A stretch of 64,000 nt of DNA from Candidatus Buchananbacteria bacterium. GTDB taxonomy: Bacteria > Patescibacteriota > Patescibacteriia > 2-01-FULL-39-33. Both the position numbers and the translations under genes were made by a program. The stretch covers positions 6,490 through 70,489 of the forward strand of contig JAUSEE010000036.1 in the NCBI GenBank assembly GCA_030650095.1, given 5' to 3'. The notes under the pieces are model-generated. The model made no database searches. It saw only the letters and a program-made list of their open reading frames with translations, and was not told the DNA's origin. Positions 1 to 9,987 of the stretch are shown here, piece after piece (the stretch's first letter is position 1; every line of letters begins with the position of its first letter).

Positions 1-48
1 CAATCTCCTAGATTGCTTCGTCGCCTTGCGGCTTCCTCGCAATGACAA
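1..48. repeat. REP-like palindrome (GTCATTGCGAG...GAAGCAATC family) inside tgt
   Basis: gattgcttcgtcgccttgcggcttcctcgcaatgac matches the arms seen at 34831-34901, 49692-49772 and 51552-51622. Confidence 0.85.
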
Positions 49-891
49 CGACACATAAAGCCGGCCATGTCTGGCTTCTCGAGTGGGAATGACGCAGTCA
101 AACATATCCACTCCGCGCCTGACAGCTTCCACGATATTTTCCGGCGTGCCCACACCCATAAGATATCTTGGTTTGTTTTCCGGCATTTGCGGAGCCAAAT
201 AATCCAAAACGGCATACATTTCCTTGTGGCTCTCCCCCACTGCCAAACCGCCAATGGCATAACCGTTGAAATCCAGCTTAATTAATTCTTTCAAACTTTC
301 CTCCCTTAAATCGCGATGCAAGCCGCCTTGGACAATGCCAAACATCAATTGAGAGCTAGTTAAAACTTTTTTATACTTTTTAGCTTCCTGGGCCCAAAGA
401 GTTGTTAAATCAACTGCTTCTTTTATTTTGGCTTTAGTGTCCTTGGAACTGGGGCAAACATCCAAAATCATGGCAATATCGCTGCCGATTATCTTTTGTA
501 TTTCCAAAACTTTCTTAGGCGTCAAAGTATGCTTGCTGCCATCCAAATGAGAATTGAATTCCACGCCCTGGGGCATTATTTTTCTTATCTTAGACAAAGA
601 AAAAACCTGAAAGCCTCCGCTGTCGGTTAAAATCGGGCCGGGCCAATTCATCATCTTATGCAACCCGCCCAATTTTTTTAAAACTTCCAAACCCGGCTGC
701 AAATACAAATGATAGGTGTTGGAAAGTATGATTTCAGCGCCCAGCGATTTGACCTCGAGAGCTGTCAGATTCTTAACTGCCGCTTTGGTGGCAATAGGCA
801 TAAAAAACGGCGTTTGAATATCGCCGTGCGCGGTTTTTAATATTCCCAACCGAGCTTGGGATTTTTTTGATTGTTTGAGAAGTCTATACAT
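1..891 (-). CDS. tgt: Queuine tRNA-ribosyltransferase (tRNA-guanine transglycosylase), 3' end beyond window
   Basis: Manual translation, not in ORF track because there is no stop: MYRLLKQSKKSQARLGILKTAHGDIQTPFFMPIAT...FGIVQGG...YAIGGLAVGE...PRYLMGVGTPENIVEAVRRGVDMFDCVIPTREARHG. Frame is open to position 1. Confidence 0.95.
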   Translation of the reverse strand, partial: MYRLLKQSKKSQARLGILKTAHGDIQTPFFMPIATKAAVKNLTALEVKSLGAEIILSNTYHLYLQPGLEVLKKLGGLHKMMNWPGPILTDSGGFQVFSLSKIRKIMPQGVEFNSHLDGSKHTLTPKKVLEIQKIIGSDIAMILDVCPSSKDTKAKIKEAVDLTTLWAQEAKKYKKVLTSSQLMFGIVQGGLHRDLREESLKELIKLDFNGYAIGGLAVGESHKEMYAVLDYLAPQMPENKPRYLMGVGTPENIVEAVRRGVDMFDCVIPTREARHGRLYVSLSLRGSRKATKQSRRL

Positions 892-982
892 TATTTGATT
901 TTTTGCTGTTTTTAATCGACCAGCCCATCATAACACTGATAATTAAAATAGCCAAGTATCCCAAGCCTAAGATGTTGTTCAT
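884..982 (-). CDS. Putative 32-aa single-TM microprotein
   Basis: MNNILGLGYLAILIISVMMGWSIKNSKKSNNV. Starts 1 nt after the upstream TGA and its stop overlaps the tgt start, suggesting coupling. Confidence 0.4.
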   Translation of the reverse strand: MNNILGLGYLAILIISVMMGWSIKNSKKSNNV

Positions 983-983
983 C

Positions 984-1778
984 TCACTCAGCTTGCTTTT
1001 TAAATACCAGGTCCTTGCTGGTGCCAAAACAAATAAAGAAACAAGGTTCCGAATATCGTTCCCGCCAATAAATATAGCCCTTTCTAAGCACCATTGTTCC
1101 AATAGAACATTCCGGACATTTTTTATCAGCGAATTCAGACCATTTGTCATTATTTATATCAAATTTGAATATTTTCGATTTTATTATCTGCGGTTGTTCG
1201 GAAAAATCATTTTCTAAAACATACAAAATGTCGTTATTTATGACAAAATCCGACCTATAAGGTCTTCTGGCAGAATCATAACCCGCGAGTTTAGCGCTGA
1301 AAATAAATTTGTCTTTAGAAAAAGATGTTTGCGTAAGTTTTCCTGTCATTTTATGGTATAAAATAAAATCTACTTGCAAACTATTTTCTGAATTGCATTC
1401 GAAGAACGGTATGTCGTCAAATTGGCTTGCTGACCCATAATCGCAGAAATAATAGACGATTATATAATTATTATCTTCAAATATCTTCGAAAATCTTTCA
1501 TTTATCGATCCCGGCGCGCTAAATAACGCGTATCTGCCATTTTGATCGAAAAAATCTACACCGCCAGAGAAGTTTGGCACGTAATAATAATTATCACTTA
1601 AGCCGAAGATCGGATTTTCATTATCAGCCGTCTGGATATCACTAAAAAAATTATTTCTTTCAATCTCCGTCATATTAACCTGTCCCGGATAACGAATATA
1701 ATCAGCAATCAGATGAAAAATGATAAATAATACAATTAGAATTAATATTAAAATTCCGAACAGACGAATAACTTTCAT
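984..1778 (-). CDS. Hypothetical membrane-anchored protein
   Basis: Likely start MKVIRLFG at 1778. One N-terminal TM helix, then a beta-rich region. Confidence 0.75.
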   Translation of the reverse strand: MKVIRLFGILILILIVLFIIFHLIADYIRYPGQVNMTEIERNNFFSDIQTADNENPIFGLSDNYYYVPNFSGGVDFFDQNGRYALFSAPGSINERFSKIFEDNNYIIVYYFCDYGSASQFDDIPFFECNSENSLQVDFILYHKMTGKLTQTSFSKDKFIFSAKLAGYDSARRPYRSDFVINNDILYVLENDFSEQPQIIKSKIFKFDINNDKWSEFADKKCPECSIGTMVLRKGYIYWRERYSEPCFFICFGTSKDLVFKKQAE

Positions 1779-1788
1779 ATTTTTAAGA

Positions 1789-3828
1789 TTATTGAACGAT
1801 GCCCTTGGTCTGGCCCAAAATCGGGTCATCGAAAGCGGTGGTAATAGCCTTAACGCTGCTGTTTATCGTCGTACCGGTATTGGAATCTTTGGCTGACATA
1901 TTTATACTGGGAATAAGTATGAGTATCCTGCCCCTGTCACTAGTCGCCGGCTTTATACTGATATTAAAAGAAGCTAAAATCGGCTCGGAAGATTTCTTGA
2001 GCTTAGAAATATTCCAAATAGCTTCGCTCGTAGCGGCATTGTAAGAGAAATCACCGATATCATGGTTTTCTTTATTGGACCAAGAAACATTACTGGGCAA
2101 TTTAGCCACCACTTGTACATTTTCCACATCATGCAAATTGTTGGATAATTCTAAATAAATATTATAGGTTGACGATTCGCCCACTCTAGGCTCTATCGGG
2201 CCAAGACCTAGTGGAATATTGTCTTCATTGTAATATCTGGCGGCGACAGTAAGGCCCAGATCAGAATTGATAGAATTAACTATTGGCTTAGTCGTTACCG
2301 AAGATTCGCCGTTTAGCTCGCCCCCCTGGCTGGCTGTGGCGGAAGTGGAACTTTCAACGCTAAATTTGCCTATACTGGGGTCATTAACAGCCGAGGCGTC
2401 TTTAACTCTTATCTGCCAAGAAATATCACCTTCTTCACCGGCTCCCAATTTTAATAATTTGGATATGTGCCGTCCGGTCCAAATTATGGAATTACTACTG
2501 ATAACGCCATTGTTGTCATCTTGAAGCGTATTCCAGTCTAATATTTTTGAATCTAATTTAGCTTTGATTTGTATATTTTCTAAATTGTCCTCGCCGGTAT
2601 TTTTATAATGAATGGTATAAACCAACAAGTCGCCAAAATTAATGGATTGATCTTCAGCCGAGCCGTTAATGATGAGCTGCAAGCTTAATTGATCTTTGAT
2701 AACTTCGGTGATGAAAGTCTCTTCGCTTTGAGGATAATAATCATCTTTATATTTAAGAAGTATTCTGGCCACAAAATTGCGATTGCCACCTGTTTCAGCG
2801 GTGAGATAATTGCCTTTTATTTTTATCTCGCCTTTTTCACCAGCCTTTAACTCTTTTAAATCCCAAGTGTTATTGGTTTCATTGCTGGCTTTGCCTTCGG
2901 CTGATTCAAAAACAAATGACTCCGGATAATCAACAACCACTTGCAGATCGCTATAATCTTCATCTGATAGATTTTCATAATTCAAGGTATATTCAGCTTC
3001 CTGATTAGCCAAGATTTTTTCCGGGCCATTTACGGTTAAACTTAAGACAGAAGACGCCACCACCACATCAACGATTGTTTCCTGTTTGAAATTGGCATTT
3101 AGGTTTGAGGGCTTAAAATTTAAAACACCCCGAAAAGTTTGAGTGGAATTAATAGCAGCAATCATTTTGCCTTTTAATTCTATTTTTTGCGATTCGCCAA
3201 CCTTAAGCCCGCTAAAGCTCCATTTATTATTTTTATCGCCGCTGGCTTTTGGCAAAGAATCAATATGCTCAAAATTATCAGGGTAAAAAAGCTCCAATTC
3301 TAAATTATAAAGATCCACTTTTTCCTTGTTGGTTATGGTTAAGCTATAAATGCCTTCTTGTCCGGAAACTACAGTAATGGGAGTTTCCAATTTTAAAGTA
3401 ATGCGCTCATTGGTGAAATTATTTGTTTCTAATTTTGAAAAAACAAAAAAGCCCAAAATGGCCACAACCAGAAGAACAGAAAAAACGCCAATCAAAGAAT
3501 AAATAATGGTTTTCCAAAGAGGCCTTTCATTTTTTTCCAGTCTAGTCAAATCGGGAATCTCACCATCGCCATCAGTGTAAACTTCCGTCAGCTTCCTTCT
3601 CATATCCGTATCACTTTTGGAATTACCTGAGCTTTTCTTAAAATCAACCTGTTTGCCAAAACTACGATTCTTTTTGGAAATCAAACCAGCCAAATCATCT
3701 TGCATGGTGACAACCGGCTTTTTGGCTTTAGGCTTATTTTTTAATGAAACAACTTTTCCTTTTGAAGTTTGTGGCGATGAATTTAAAATTTCATCACCAG
3801 TTTCTGCTGGGTAATTTTGGACAGGCAT
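1789..3828 (-). CDS. Membrane-anchored protein with repeated DUF11/Ig-like domains
   Basis: 679 aa, TM at ~aa 108-130, repeated Y-x-I/L-x-Y-x-N...W-x-L/I-x-x-L-x-x-GE-x-G Ig-like units. Confidence 0.8.
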   Translation of the reverse strand: MPVQNYPAETGDEILNSSPQTSKGKVVSLKNKPKAKKPVVTMQDDLAGLISKKNRSFGKQVDFKKSSGNSKSDTDMRRKLTEVYTDGDGEIPDLTRLEKNERPLWKTIIYSLIGVFSVLLVVAILGFFVFSKLETNNFTNERITLKLETPITVVSGQEGIYSLTITNKEKVDLYNLELELFYPDNFEHIDSLPKASGDKNNKWSFSGLKVGESQKIELKGKMIAAINSTQTFRGVLNFKPSNLNANFKQETIVDVVVASSVLSLTVNGPEKILANQEAEYTLNYENLSDEDYSDLQVVVDYPESFVFESAEGKASNETNNTWDLKELKAGEKGEIKIKGNYLTAETGGNRNFVARILLKYKDDYYPQSEETFITEVIKDQLSLQLIINGSAEDQSINFGDLLVYTIHYKNTGEDNLENIQIKAKLDSKILDWNTLQDDNNGVISSNSIIWTGRHISKLLKLGAGEEGDISWQIRVKDASAVNDPSIGKFSVESSTSATASQGGELNGESSVTTKPIVNSINSDLGLTVAARYYNEDNIPLGLGPIEPRVGESSTYNIYLELSNNLHDVENVQVVAKLPSNVSWSNKENHDIGDFSYNAATSEAIWNISKLKKSSEPILASFNISIKPATSDRGRILILIPSINMSAKDSNTGTTINSSVKAITTAFDDPILGQTKGIVQ

Positions 3829-3853
3829 GGTAATTATATATTAATAGTGTAAT

Positions 3854-6646
3854 TTAATTTTTAAGACCGATAAAATAAAATAAATCCTGCAATAAATCAT
3901 CTTTATAAACGCTTTCGCCGTTATTATTTTCAATTTTACTGGGATAAGAAACATTGGGAGAAACGCCATTTGGATATTCAACTTGGCCAAAGAACTTGTC
4001 ATTGTTGCTGCCGGCTTGTTTTTGAACCAGTAGGCTATAAGAGTCATAAGAATATTTAGGATAAAAAACGGCTTTTATCTTGCCTAAAATTCCCTTGGCT
4101 TCCACCTCTTTTTTGGTTAGATCAATTTTAAAAGGCAACTTATAAACCAATAAAATATCCTTATCTTCGCCCGGCTTAAGCGTCAGCCAATTGGCAAAAA
4201 CCGTTTTGTTGTTTTCGGTGTAAATTTTAGTTGAGCTGTCTGGATCAATTGTAGCCAGCTTTTCATTCAATAACCTTTCATCTTCTTCTAAATATTCATC
4301 AGGAGTTGTAAATTCGCTATCTTTGGGCCCCTTAAAACCTTCAGCCGAAATTAGCTGACTGCCTAACGGCACATAAACCCTAATAAAGCTTCTGTTGGGA
4401 GTGTCAGTAAAGATATTATCAATGGGGCCAAAATCACTTCTATGGATAACTAAACTATCCACCACCGAACCATCGGGAGAAATGGAGGCTTGATGATAAA
4501 TCTCCTGGTTGACCACCTCATCAGTTTTACCGCCGCCAATGTTGGTGGCTACCACGCTTAAATAATCCTTTTGAGCATTTTTCATCCGGCCGTCCCAATT
4601 ATTTTGAGCCACGAATGTCTGCTCGTTTTCATCTGTCATATAAATTTGAATGTCTTTTTCTTTCAAACCTTGGCTAAAAACAGAAACCAAGCCCAGCATC
4701 TTATCCGGAGTGACATCAAAAATATTTTCAATCAATTTAGGAGCCAAATCGCTTAATATTTTCTTGGGCTGTGTTTTATCATCCGCTTCCAATTCTATGC
4801 TTTTTTGGAGTTCCATTTCAAAATTGGCCGAGCTTATTGTTTTATTATAATCCGGCATTTCAATCGAGCCGATAACATCCAAGAGATTTCCCAGCCAATC
4901 AGAATTAATGGCAATTACCCCGTCGATAGTAGCGCCATCGCTTTTATTATAAAAATAAGTTATATTCTGCGCCGAGGTCGGCCAATTAGGCCACCAATTC
5001 GCATCTTGGAATTCCCAACGAGGATTGATTAGGGTTAGAGGCTCTGGCGCTTTGAGCAGTTTTGTAAAACCGGCTCTTAAATCGTAAGTTCCGCCGGCCG
5101 GCATGGTTACGCCTTCTAAATTGCCGTTTTTAAAATCAGCTACGGCCAAACTGCCCATAAATCCGCCGGTGGCCCTAAGCTCGTTATCATTTTGAAAAAC
5201 TATAAGATATTTTTTTAAACCATTATCACCCAAAAAATTTATGGCAAATTGCATCACTTCGTCGGACTTCTTTAGACTCTCTGTAAATTTTGGCAGATTC
5301 TCTTTTAACTTCAAGAATTTTTCCTGATTCTCTTGGGGCAAATGCTTGATATTTATTTTATCCAAATTTTCCTGAGCCGAAGTTATTTGAACTAAGGCTT
5401 CATGGCTACTGGCTTTAAAATTCTTGATTCTGGAAGACAGTGAAAAATCAGAATCAGCTGAAAATTCATTTAAGCCGGCAATTAAATATTCTCCGGCCTT
5501 AGTTAATTTTTCGCCTAAATCAAGCAAATTAGTTCCGCTTCTAAAAGTATTGTTTAAAGGGATAGTACCGGCCAAAACTGTTAAAAAAGATTTTATTTCT
5601 CCCAGCTGATCCTGGGCGGAAACAAAATTCTTATTGGCAGCAGCCAGATATTCTTCCGCTTCGCCCAGCTTAAAGTCGCTCAAAGCAGTCTGGGCTGATT
5701 CTAAGCTGGTTAAGGCTTCTTCGGCCGTGCCCAAAACCTGGCCTTTGGTTTCTTTGGCGCTTTCCAGATAAAAATAAGACCTAATCGGTATGGCTATCGC
5801 CAAGGCTATGGCCAAAAAAGCCAAAAGCGGCTTTAAAGACATTTTATCTATAGACCAAGCCGAAAATATTCGTTTAAAATCTAATTTCTTTTTTTCAGCC
5901 TTATATTTTACCGGCATTTCCTTAAGCGAAACTTTTTTTGGCGGAGGCGCAACCGGAATTTCTTTGGAGGTAAAATGAACAATTTCATCGCGCTTGGTGT
6001 ACCGACTTAACAAATTTAAGTAAGCGTAGCTGATCACTTGGCCAACAACCCAAAACATATTGCCCACCTTGGAGGCGAGAAAAACAACCAAATTTATAAC
6101 TGATATTTCTTGCCATAAATCAAGTTGGTTTATTTTATGCCCTTTTTTGGCTAACGGTATTTTAGGGGATAAATCAATTTTGTAAAAAGGCTTCTTAAGC
6201 CAGCGCATGGCTATGAGCCATGATTGTTTAAGAAAATTAAGTATCTCGCTTTCTTCCAAAGACAATAATTCAAAAACATGGATTTTCTCCAAAAACTCAC
6301 CCGCCGGCAAATCTTGATAGCTAAGATTAGAATTATTATCCAAAACCGGCTTAACCCGTTCTATATAACGCCTGGTTGATAGATTGAGCAAATGAGGAGA
6401 GGAATATTGATCCAGCGGGTGGCTGACTATGTTTATGCTGACAGAATTGCCCGAAGATAAGCTTATCGGAACATCAAAAAAATCATTTGATTTGGCATGA
6501 TCAAACATAACAACGCCTAGCGATTCATCGGGGCTGTTAAAAATCTTTTTAACTCGCTTTGATAATACCGCTTTTTTCTTCGCTAGCCTTTTCTTGACCT
6601 TGGTTTTTATGGTCTTTTTGGCTGCACTTTGTCTTTTGTGAGGCAT
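3854..6646 (-). CDS. DUF4012 domain-containing membrane protein
   Basis: YLIVFQNDNELRATGGFMGS, DANWWPNWPTSA, IDGVIAIN and TNIGGGKTD motifs typical of DUF4012 proteins. Next to glycosyltransferases. Confidence 0.85.
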   Translation of the reverse strand: MPHKRQSAAKKTIKTKVKKRLAKKKAVLSKRVKKIFNSPDESLGVVMFDHAKSNDFFDVPISLSSGNSVSINIVSHPLDQYSSPHLLNLSTRRYIERVKPVLDNNSNLSYQDLPAGEFLEKIHVFELLSLEESEILNFLKQSWLIAMRWLKKPFYKIDLSPKIPLAKKGHKINQLDLWQEISVINLVVFLASKVGNMFWVVGQVISYAYLNLLSRYTKRDEIVHFTSKEIPVAPPPKKVSLKEMPVKYKAEKKKLDFKRIFSAWSIDKMSLKPLLAFLAIALAIAIPIRSYFYLESAKETKGQVLGTAEEALTSLESAQTALSDFKLGEAEEYLAAANKNFVSAQDQLGEIKSFLTVLAGTIPLNNTFRSGTNLLDLGEKLTKAGEYLIAGLNEFSADSDFSLSSRIKNFKASSHEALVQITSAQENLDKINIKHLPQENQEKFLKLKENLPKFTESLKKSDEVMQFAINFLGDNGLKKYLIVFQNDNELRATGGFMGSLAVADFKNGNLEGVTMPAGGTYDLRAGFTKLLKAPEPLTLINPRWEFQDANWWPNWPTSAQNITYFYNKSDGATIDGVIAINSDWLGNLLDVIGSIEMPDYNKTISSANFEMELQKSIELEADDKTQPKKILSDLAPKLIENIFDVTPDKMLGLVSVFSQGLKEKDIQIYMTDENEQTFVAQNNWDGRMKNAQKDYLSVVATNIGGGKTDEVVNQEIYHQASISPDGSVVDSLVIHRSDFGPIDNIFTDTPNRSFIRVYVPLGSQLISAEGFKGPKDSEFTTPDEYLEEDERLLNEKLATIDPDSSTKIYTENNKTVFANWLTLKPGEDKDILLVYKLPFKIDLTKKEVEAKGILGKIKAVFYPKYSYDSYSLLVQKQAGSNNDKFFGQVEYPNGVSPNVSYPSKIENNNGESVYKDDLLQDLFYFIGLKN

Positions 6647-6798
6647 TACAAAATTGTTCTTCTGATTTAAGAAATTTTTCTCTTTAGATAAGTATTATTA
6701 TAACATAAACCGGCAAGTTGGAACAACTTAATTAAATATATCTGGGGATAAAAAAATAAACAGGCTTGTACCGCCTGTTTATGCTTTAATCTAAAAGG

Positions 6799-7905
6799 TT
6801 AAGATTCGTATTGCCCCAGGGTTTCTAAGGCGCATTTTTCCCAAGAATACTTTTTTAAATTGGCTTGGCCCTTAATTTTCAATGCTTGAAGAAGTTCTTG
6901 ATTATCTAAGGTATTAGAAATAGACTTAGCTATTTCAGTTTCATTTTCCGGATTAAAATAAACAACGCTATCGCCCAATATCTCCGGCAGGCAAGAGGCC
7001 GATGAGCTTAAAACCGGCAAGCCGTAGCTCTGGGCTTCCAACGGCGGCAAGCCAAAGCCTTCAATTAAACTTGGGAAAACATATAAAGCGGCAGTTTTAT
7101 AAAGACATGATAATTTTTCATCATCCAAATAACCGGTAAAGATAACTCGGCCGCTTAAACTTAGCGTTTGGGCGGTTTGTTCCAACCTCTCATAAAAATA
7201 ATTTTTCTGGCCCACCAAAACCAACTGGATGTCCCTATTCAGACTTTTAAACGCCTGGAGCAACTTTTCTAAATTCTTATGCGGATAAGCCGAGCCGACA
7301 TAAAGCAAGAAATCTTTTTTAATGCCCAAATCAGACTTTAGCCGGGCGCAATCAGCCTGGCCATCTTGGGGCAAACCAACCCCTTCATAGGTAACGCTTA
7401 TTTTTGAGGGATTTATTTTTAATAATTTTATAATGTCTTTTTTACTGCAGTCGGAAACAGTAATTATTTTCTTAGCTCTTTTGGCCGTATTGTTTACCAC
7501 TAAGCGATAAAAAAATAATTTTATCTTATACATTATCGGATTCAAGGTGGTGGCTCGGCTATGGGGATAATGGGAAATTATCAGATCATGAATGGTAACA
7601 ATAAACGGGCGCCGATAAAAAACAGGCGCATTAAAATGAGTAAAATGCATTAAATCAAGTTGGTATTTTTTCAACAGCCGCGGAAAAAATATTTGTTCTC
7701 CTAAGCTGTAAGCCCTGAAATCAGCCAAAACCTTTTTAAAATTTTTGCTTTGCGGCTGATAATCATTAAAATTATTTTGGGCCAAAAAAATAAAATACTG
7801 ATTTTTAGAATCAATTTTTTCCAATTGTTTGATTAGGTTTTCGCTGTAGCGTCCCAGACCGCCGTGTCTGGCGCCGTATAAGCGGGCGTCAATTCCTATG
7901 CGCAT
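6799..7905 (-). CDS. Glycosyltransferase family 4 (GT-B)
   Basis: MRIGIDAR, TIHDL, YVGSAYPHKN, FPSLIEGFGLPPLEA. Confidence 0.93.
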   Translation of the reverse strand: MRIGIDARLYGARHGGLGRYSENLIKQLEKIDSKNQYFIFLAQNNFNDYQPQSKNFKKVLADFRAYSLGEQIFFPRLLKKYQLDLMHFTHFNAPVFYRRPFIVTIHDLIISHYPHSRATTLNPIMYKIKLFFYRLVVNNTAKRAKKIITVSDCSKKDIIKLLKINPSKISVTYEGVGLPQDGQADCARLKSDLGIKKDFLLYVGSAYPHKNLEKLLQAFKSLNRDIQLVLVGQKNYFYERLEQTAQTLSLSGRVIFTGYLDDEKLSCLYKTAALYVFPSLIEGFGLPPLEAQSYGLPVLSSSASCLPEILGDSVVYFNPENETEIAKSISNTLDNQELLQALKIKGQANLKKYSWEKCALETLGQYES

Positions 7906-7921
7906 ACCTTGATTTTAAACC

Positions 7922-7950
7922 TTGACAAAAAAGTTATTTTATGATAAGTT
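7922..7950 (+). promoter_or_regulatory. Sigma70-type promoter for small membrane-protein cassette
   Basis: TTGACA-17nt-TAAGTT, with TG ahead of the -10. Confidence 0.6.
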
Positions 7951-8015
7951 ACATTATCAGTATATAGTTTAATCAGAACTTTAACAACATTTACAACCAG
8001 AAAGAGGAAAATAAC

Positions 8016-8207
8016 ATGGGTGTCATTAATATGATATTTTCCGTTATTTGTGTATTTTTGGCTTTAATGTCATATTCAAAACTTACTCCAGACGAATCAT
8101 TAGTCCAGAACAAGATGTATTTTTTAATACTAGCATCTATTTTGTTTTCACTTTGGGCTATATCTCATAAAATTGATTATCTTATTAAAGAAATCAGAAA
8201 GAAATAG
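8016..8207 (+). CDS. Small 2-TM hypothetical protein
   Basis: 63 aa, hydrophobic, AGAGGA SD upstream. Confidence 0.65.
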   Translation: MGVINMIFSVICVFLALMSYSKLTPDESLVQNKMYFLILASILFSLWAISHKIDYLIKEIRKK

Positions 8208-8219
8208 AAACAAATAGTC

Positions 8220-8327
8220 ATGACTGTAAAATATACGCCCAAACAACTTGGTGTTATTATAATCACAGTGATAATAGTAGTTTATTTCACCTTTCTCTGC
8301 GGCAATCTGCTGGGAGCAATATTTTAG
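8220..8327 (+). CDS. Putative 35-aa single-TM microprotein
   Basis: MTVKYTPKQLGVIIITVIIVVYFTFLCGNLLGAIF. Fills the gap between two small membrane genes. Confidence 0.5.
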   Translation: MTVKYTPKQLGVIIITVIIVVYFTFLCGNLLGAIF

Positions 8328-8352
8328 AAACCAACAAGGAGATCAGTAATTT

Positions 8353-8595
8353 ATGAAAACAGTAAGTCTGCTAGCGATTATTATTTGCATCTGCGGCCTG
8401 TTTATCGGCTCTGCTCTGCTCCTGGATAGGTCGTCAGGAATCGGCCAGATTTTAAACGATCAAGAAGTTAGTTCTACAACAGCCGTTTTCCACTACATCT
8501 TCTGGTTTTTAAGCGGGGGCGTATCTTTCTCGGCAACTATTTGGCTCTTAGCCAGTAGCGAGGGCCGGCAAAAAAAAGAGAGGGAGAGAAAATGA
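8353..8595 (+). CDS. Small 2-TM hypothetical protein
   Basis: 80 aa, AAGGAG SD. Confidence 0.7.
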   Translation: MKTVSLLAIIICICGLFIGSALLLDRSSGIGQILNDQEVSSTTAVFHYIFWFLSGGVSFSATIWLLASSEGRQKKERERK

Positions 8596-8828
8596 TGTTT
8601 AATAACTCAACCTCTTTTTTAATTATGCCGCTGATTTTTTCAGGTGTTTTATCTGTTATAATCCTAATGATCTTTTGCAGTGTTGCCATATCACCAGCAC
8701 GTAAAATGATAATGAACCTCGTTGAACATTACGGAGTGTTAAAAACTGGCCTATACCATGCTTTGATTTCACTCACAGCGATTACTTTTTGGGAATTCTT
8801 AAAGTATCTTATTTCTTCTTTTTTATAA
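8592..8828 (+). CDS. Small 2-TM hypothetical protein
   Basis: 78 aa, ATGA overlap with the previous gene. Confidence 0.7.
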   Translation: MMFNNSTSFLIMPLIFSGVLSVIILMIFCSVAISPARKMIMNLVEHYGVLKTGLYHALISLTAITFWEFLKYLISSFL

Positions 8829-8854
8829 AAATTATATTCTACACTCTTTAACAC

Positions 8855-8879
8855 AATCTCACTTCGGTGAGATTTTTTT
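8855..8879 (+). terminator. Intrinsic terminator
   Basis: aatctcac-ttcg-gtgagatt followed by a T run, between convergent genes. Confidence 0.75.
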
Positions 8880-9987
8880 ATTGTCCCAAAAATAACTCCA
8901 GGGTTTCTTTGGCCGTCTGCTGCCAGTTATATTTTTTGATATTATCCAATCCGCTCCTTACTAACTTTTCTCTTAAAACTTGATCTCCTAAAATAAACTC
9001 CATGGCCTTAACAATATCGTTTATATTGTAGGGATCCACCAATAAGCCGGCGCCGGAAACCACTTCCACTTGCGAAGAATTAGAGCCGCCAATCACCGGC
9101 ACGCCACAAGCCATAGCCTCAACCAGTGGCAAGCCGAAACCTTCGTAATAAGACGGGTAAACAAACAAATCAGCCAAATTGTATAATCCCCTTTTGTCTA
9201 TTTCGTCCACATAACCGATTATCTTAATCTTATTACTGGCTTTGGCTAATTTTATAATCCTCTTTGCTTTCCAACCAACTCCTCCGCCAATCACCAAATA
9301 ATGATCTGTTTTTAATTTACTGAAAGCTTCAATGAGGCTTTCTATATTTTTCCTGGGCTCCAAAGTGCCCAAATACAAAATGAATTTGCCGGGCAATTTA
9401 TATTTTTTTTGCACCCTGTCCAGTTCAACTTGATTTGTAATAATTTGAAATTTTTGATCAACGCCTTCATAAATCACTTTTATTTTTTCTGGATTTATAC
9501 TTAACAGATCAATTAAATCCTGTTTGGTATTTTCCGAAACGGCTATAACGGCATCGGCCTCTTGGATTATTCTTTTAGCCGTAAGCACCTGATGCCAAAA
9601 GCGGGATTTTAAAGTCCAAAACTGGGGGTATCTTAAATAAGACAAATCATGGACAGTGATTATTTTCCGGCAATCATTCGAGAGGGCAGAGAAGTTGATA
9701 TTGGGCATAAAAAAAACATCAACGCCACCGATTATTTTATCTATCTTCGGCTTGTCGGCTAAAAGAAGCGATAAATTAAAAATTTTATTGGAATGGCTAA
9801 AACCAGCCGAGCGCACATTCTGATGATCAAACCGGGGCAGATTAACTTTCCGGGAACTGTTATAAAAAAGAATGTATTCATTTTCCTTATCTAATTCAAA
9901 AATTGATTTAAGCAAATTAAAGGCATACCAGGAAATGCCGGAATAATTATCAACCATTAGACATCTGACGTCAATCCCTATTTTCAT
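8878..9987 (-). CDS. Glycosyltransferase family 4 (GT-B)
   Basis: MKIGIDVR, TVHDL, LGTLEPRKN, YPSYYEGFGLPLVEAMACG. Confidence 0.93.
   Translation of the reverse strand: MKIGIDVRCLMVDNYSGISWYAFNLLKSIFELDKENEYILFYNSSRKVNLPRFDHQNVRSAGFSHSNKIFNLSLLLADKPKIDKIIGGVDVFFMPNINFSALSNDCRKIITVHDLSYLRYPQFWTLKSRFWHQVLTAKRIIQEADAVIAVSENTKQDLIDLLSINPEKIKVIYEGVDQKFQIITNQVELDRVQKKYKLPGKFILYLGTLEPRKNIESLIEAFSKLKTDHYLVIGGGVGWKAKRIIKLAKASNKIKIIGYVDEIDKRGLYNLADLFVYPSYYEGFGLPLVEAMACGVPVIGGSNSSQVEVVSGAGLLVDPYNINDIVKAMEFILGDQVLREKLVRSGLDNIKKYNWQQTAKETLELFLGQ

Noticed and set aside
67-285. 72-aa plus-strand ORF
   Set aside because: Antisense shadow of tgt, which occupies 1-891 on the minus strand.
7922-8879. Small-gene arrays (also 28942-29579) as integron cassettes
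   Set aside because: No attC-like sites between the genes and no integrase in the window.
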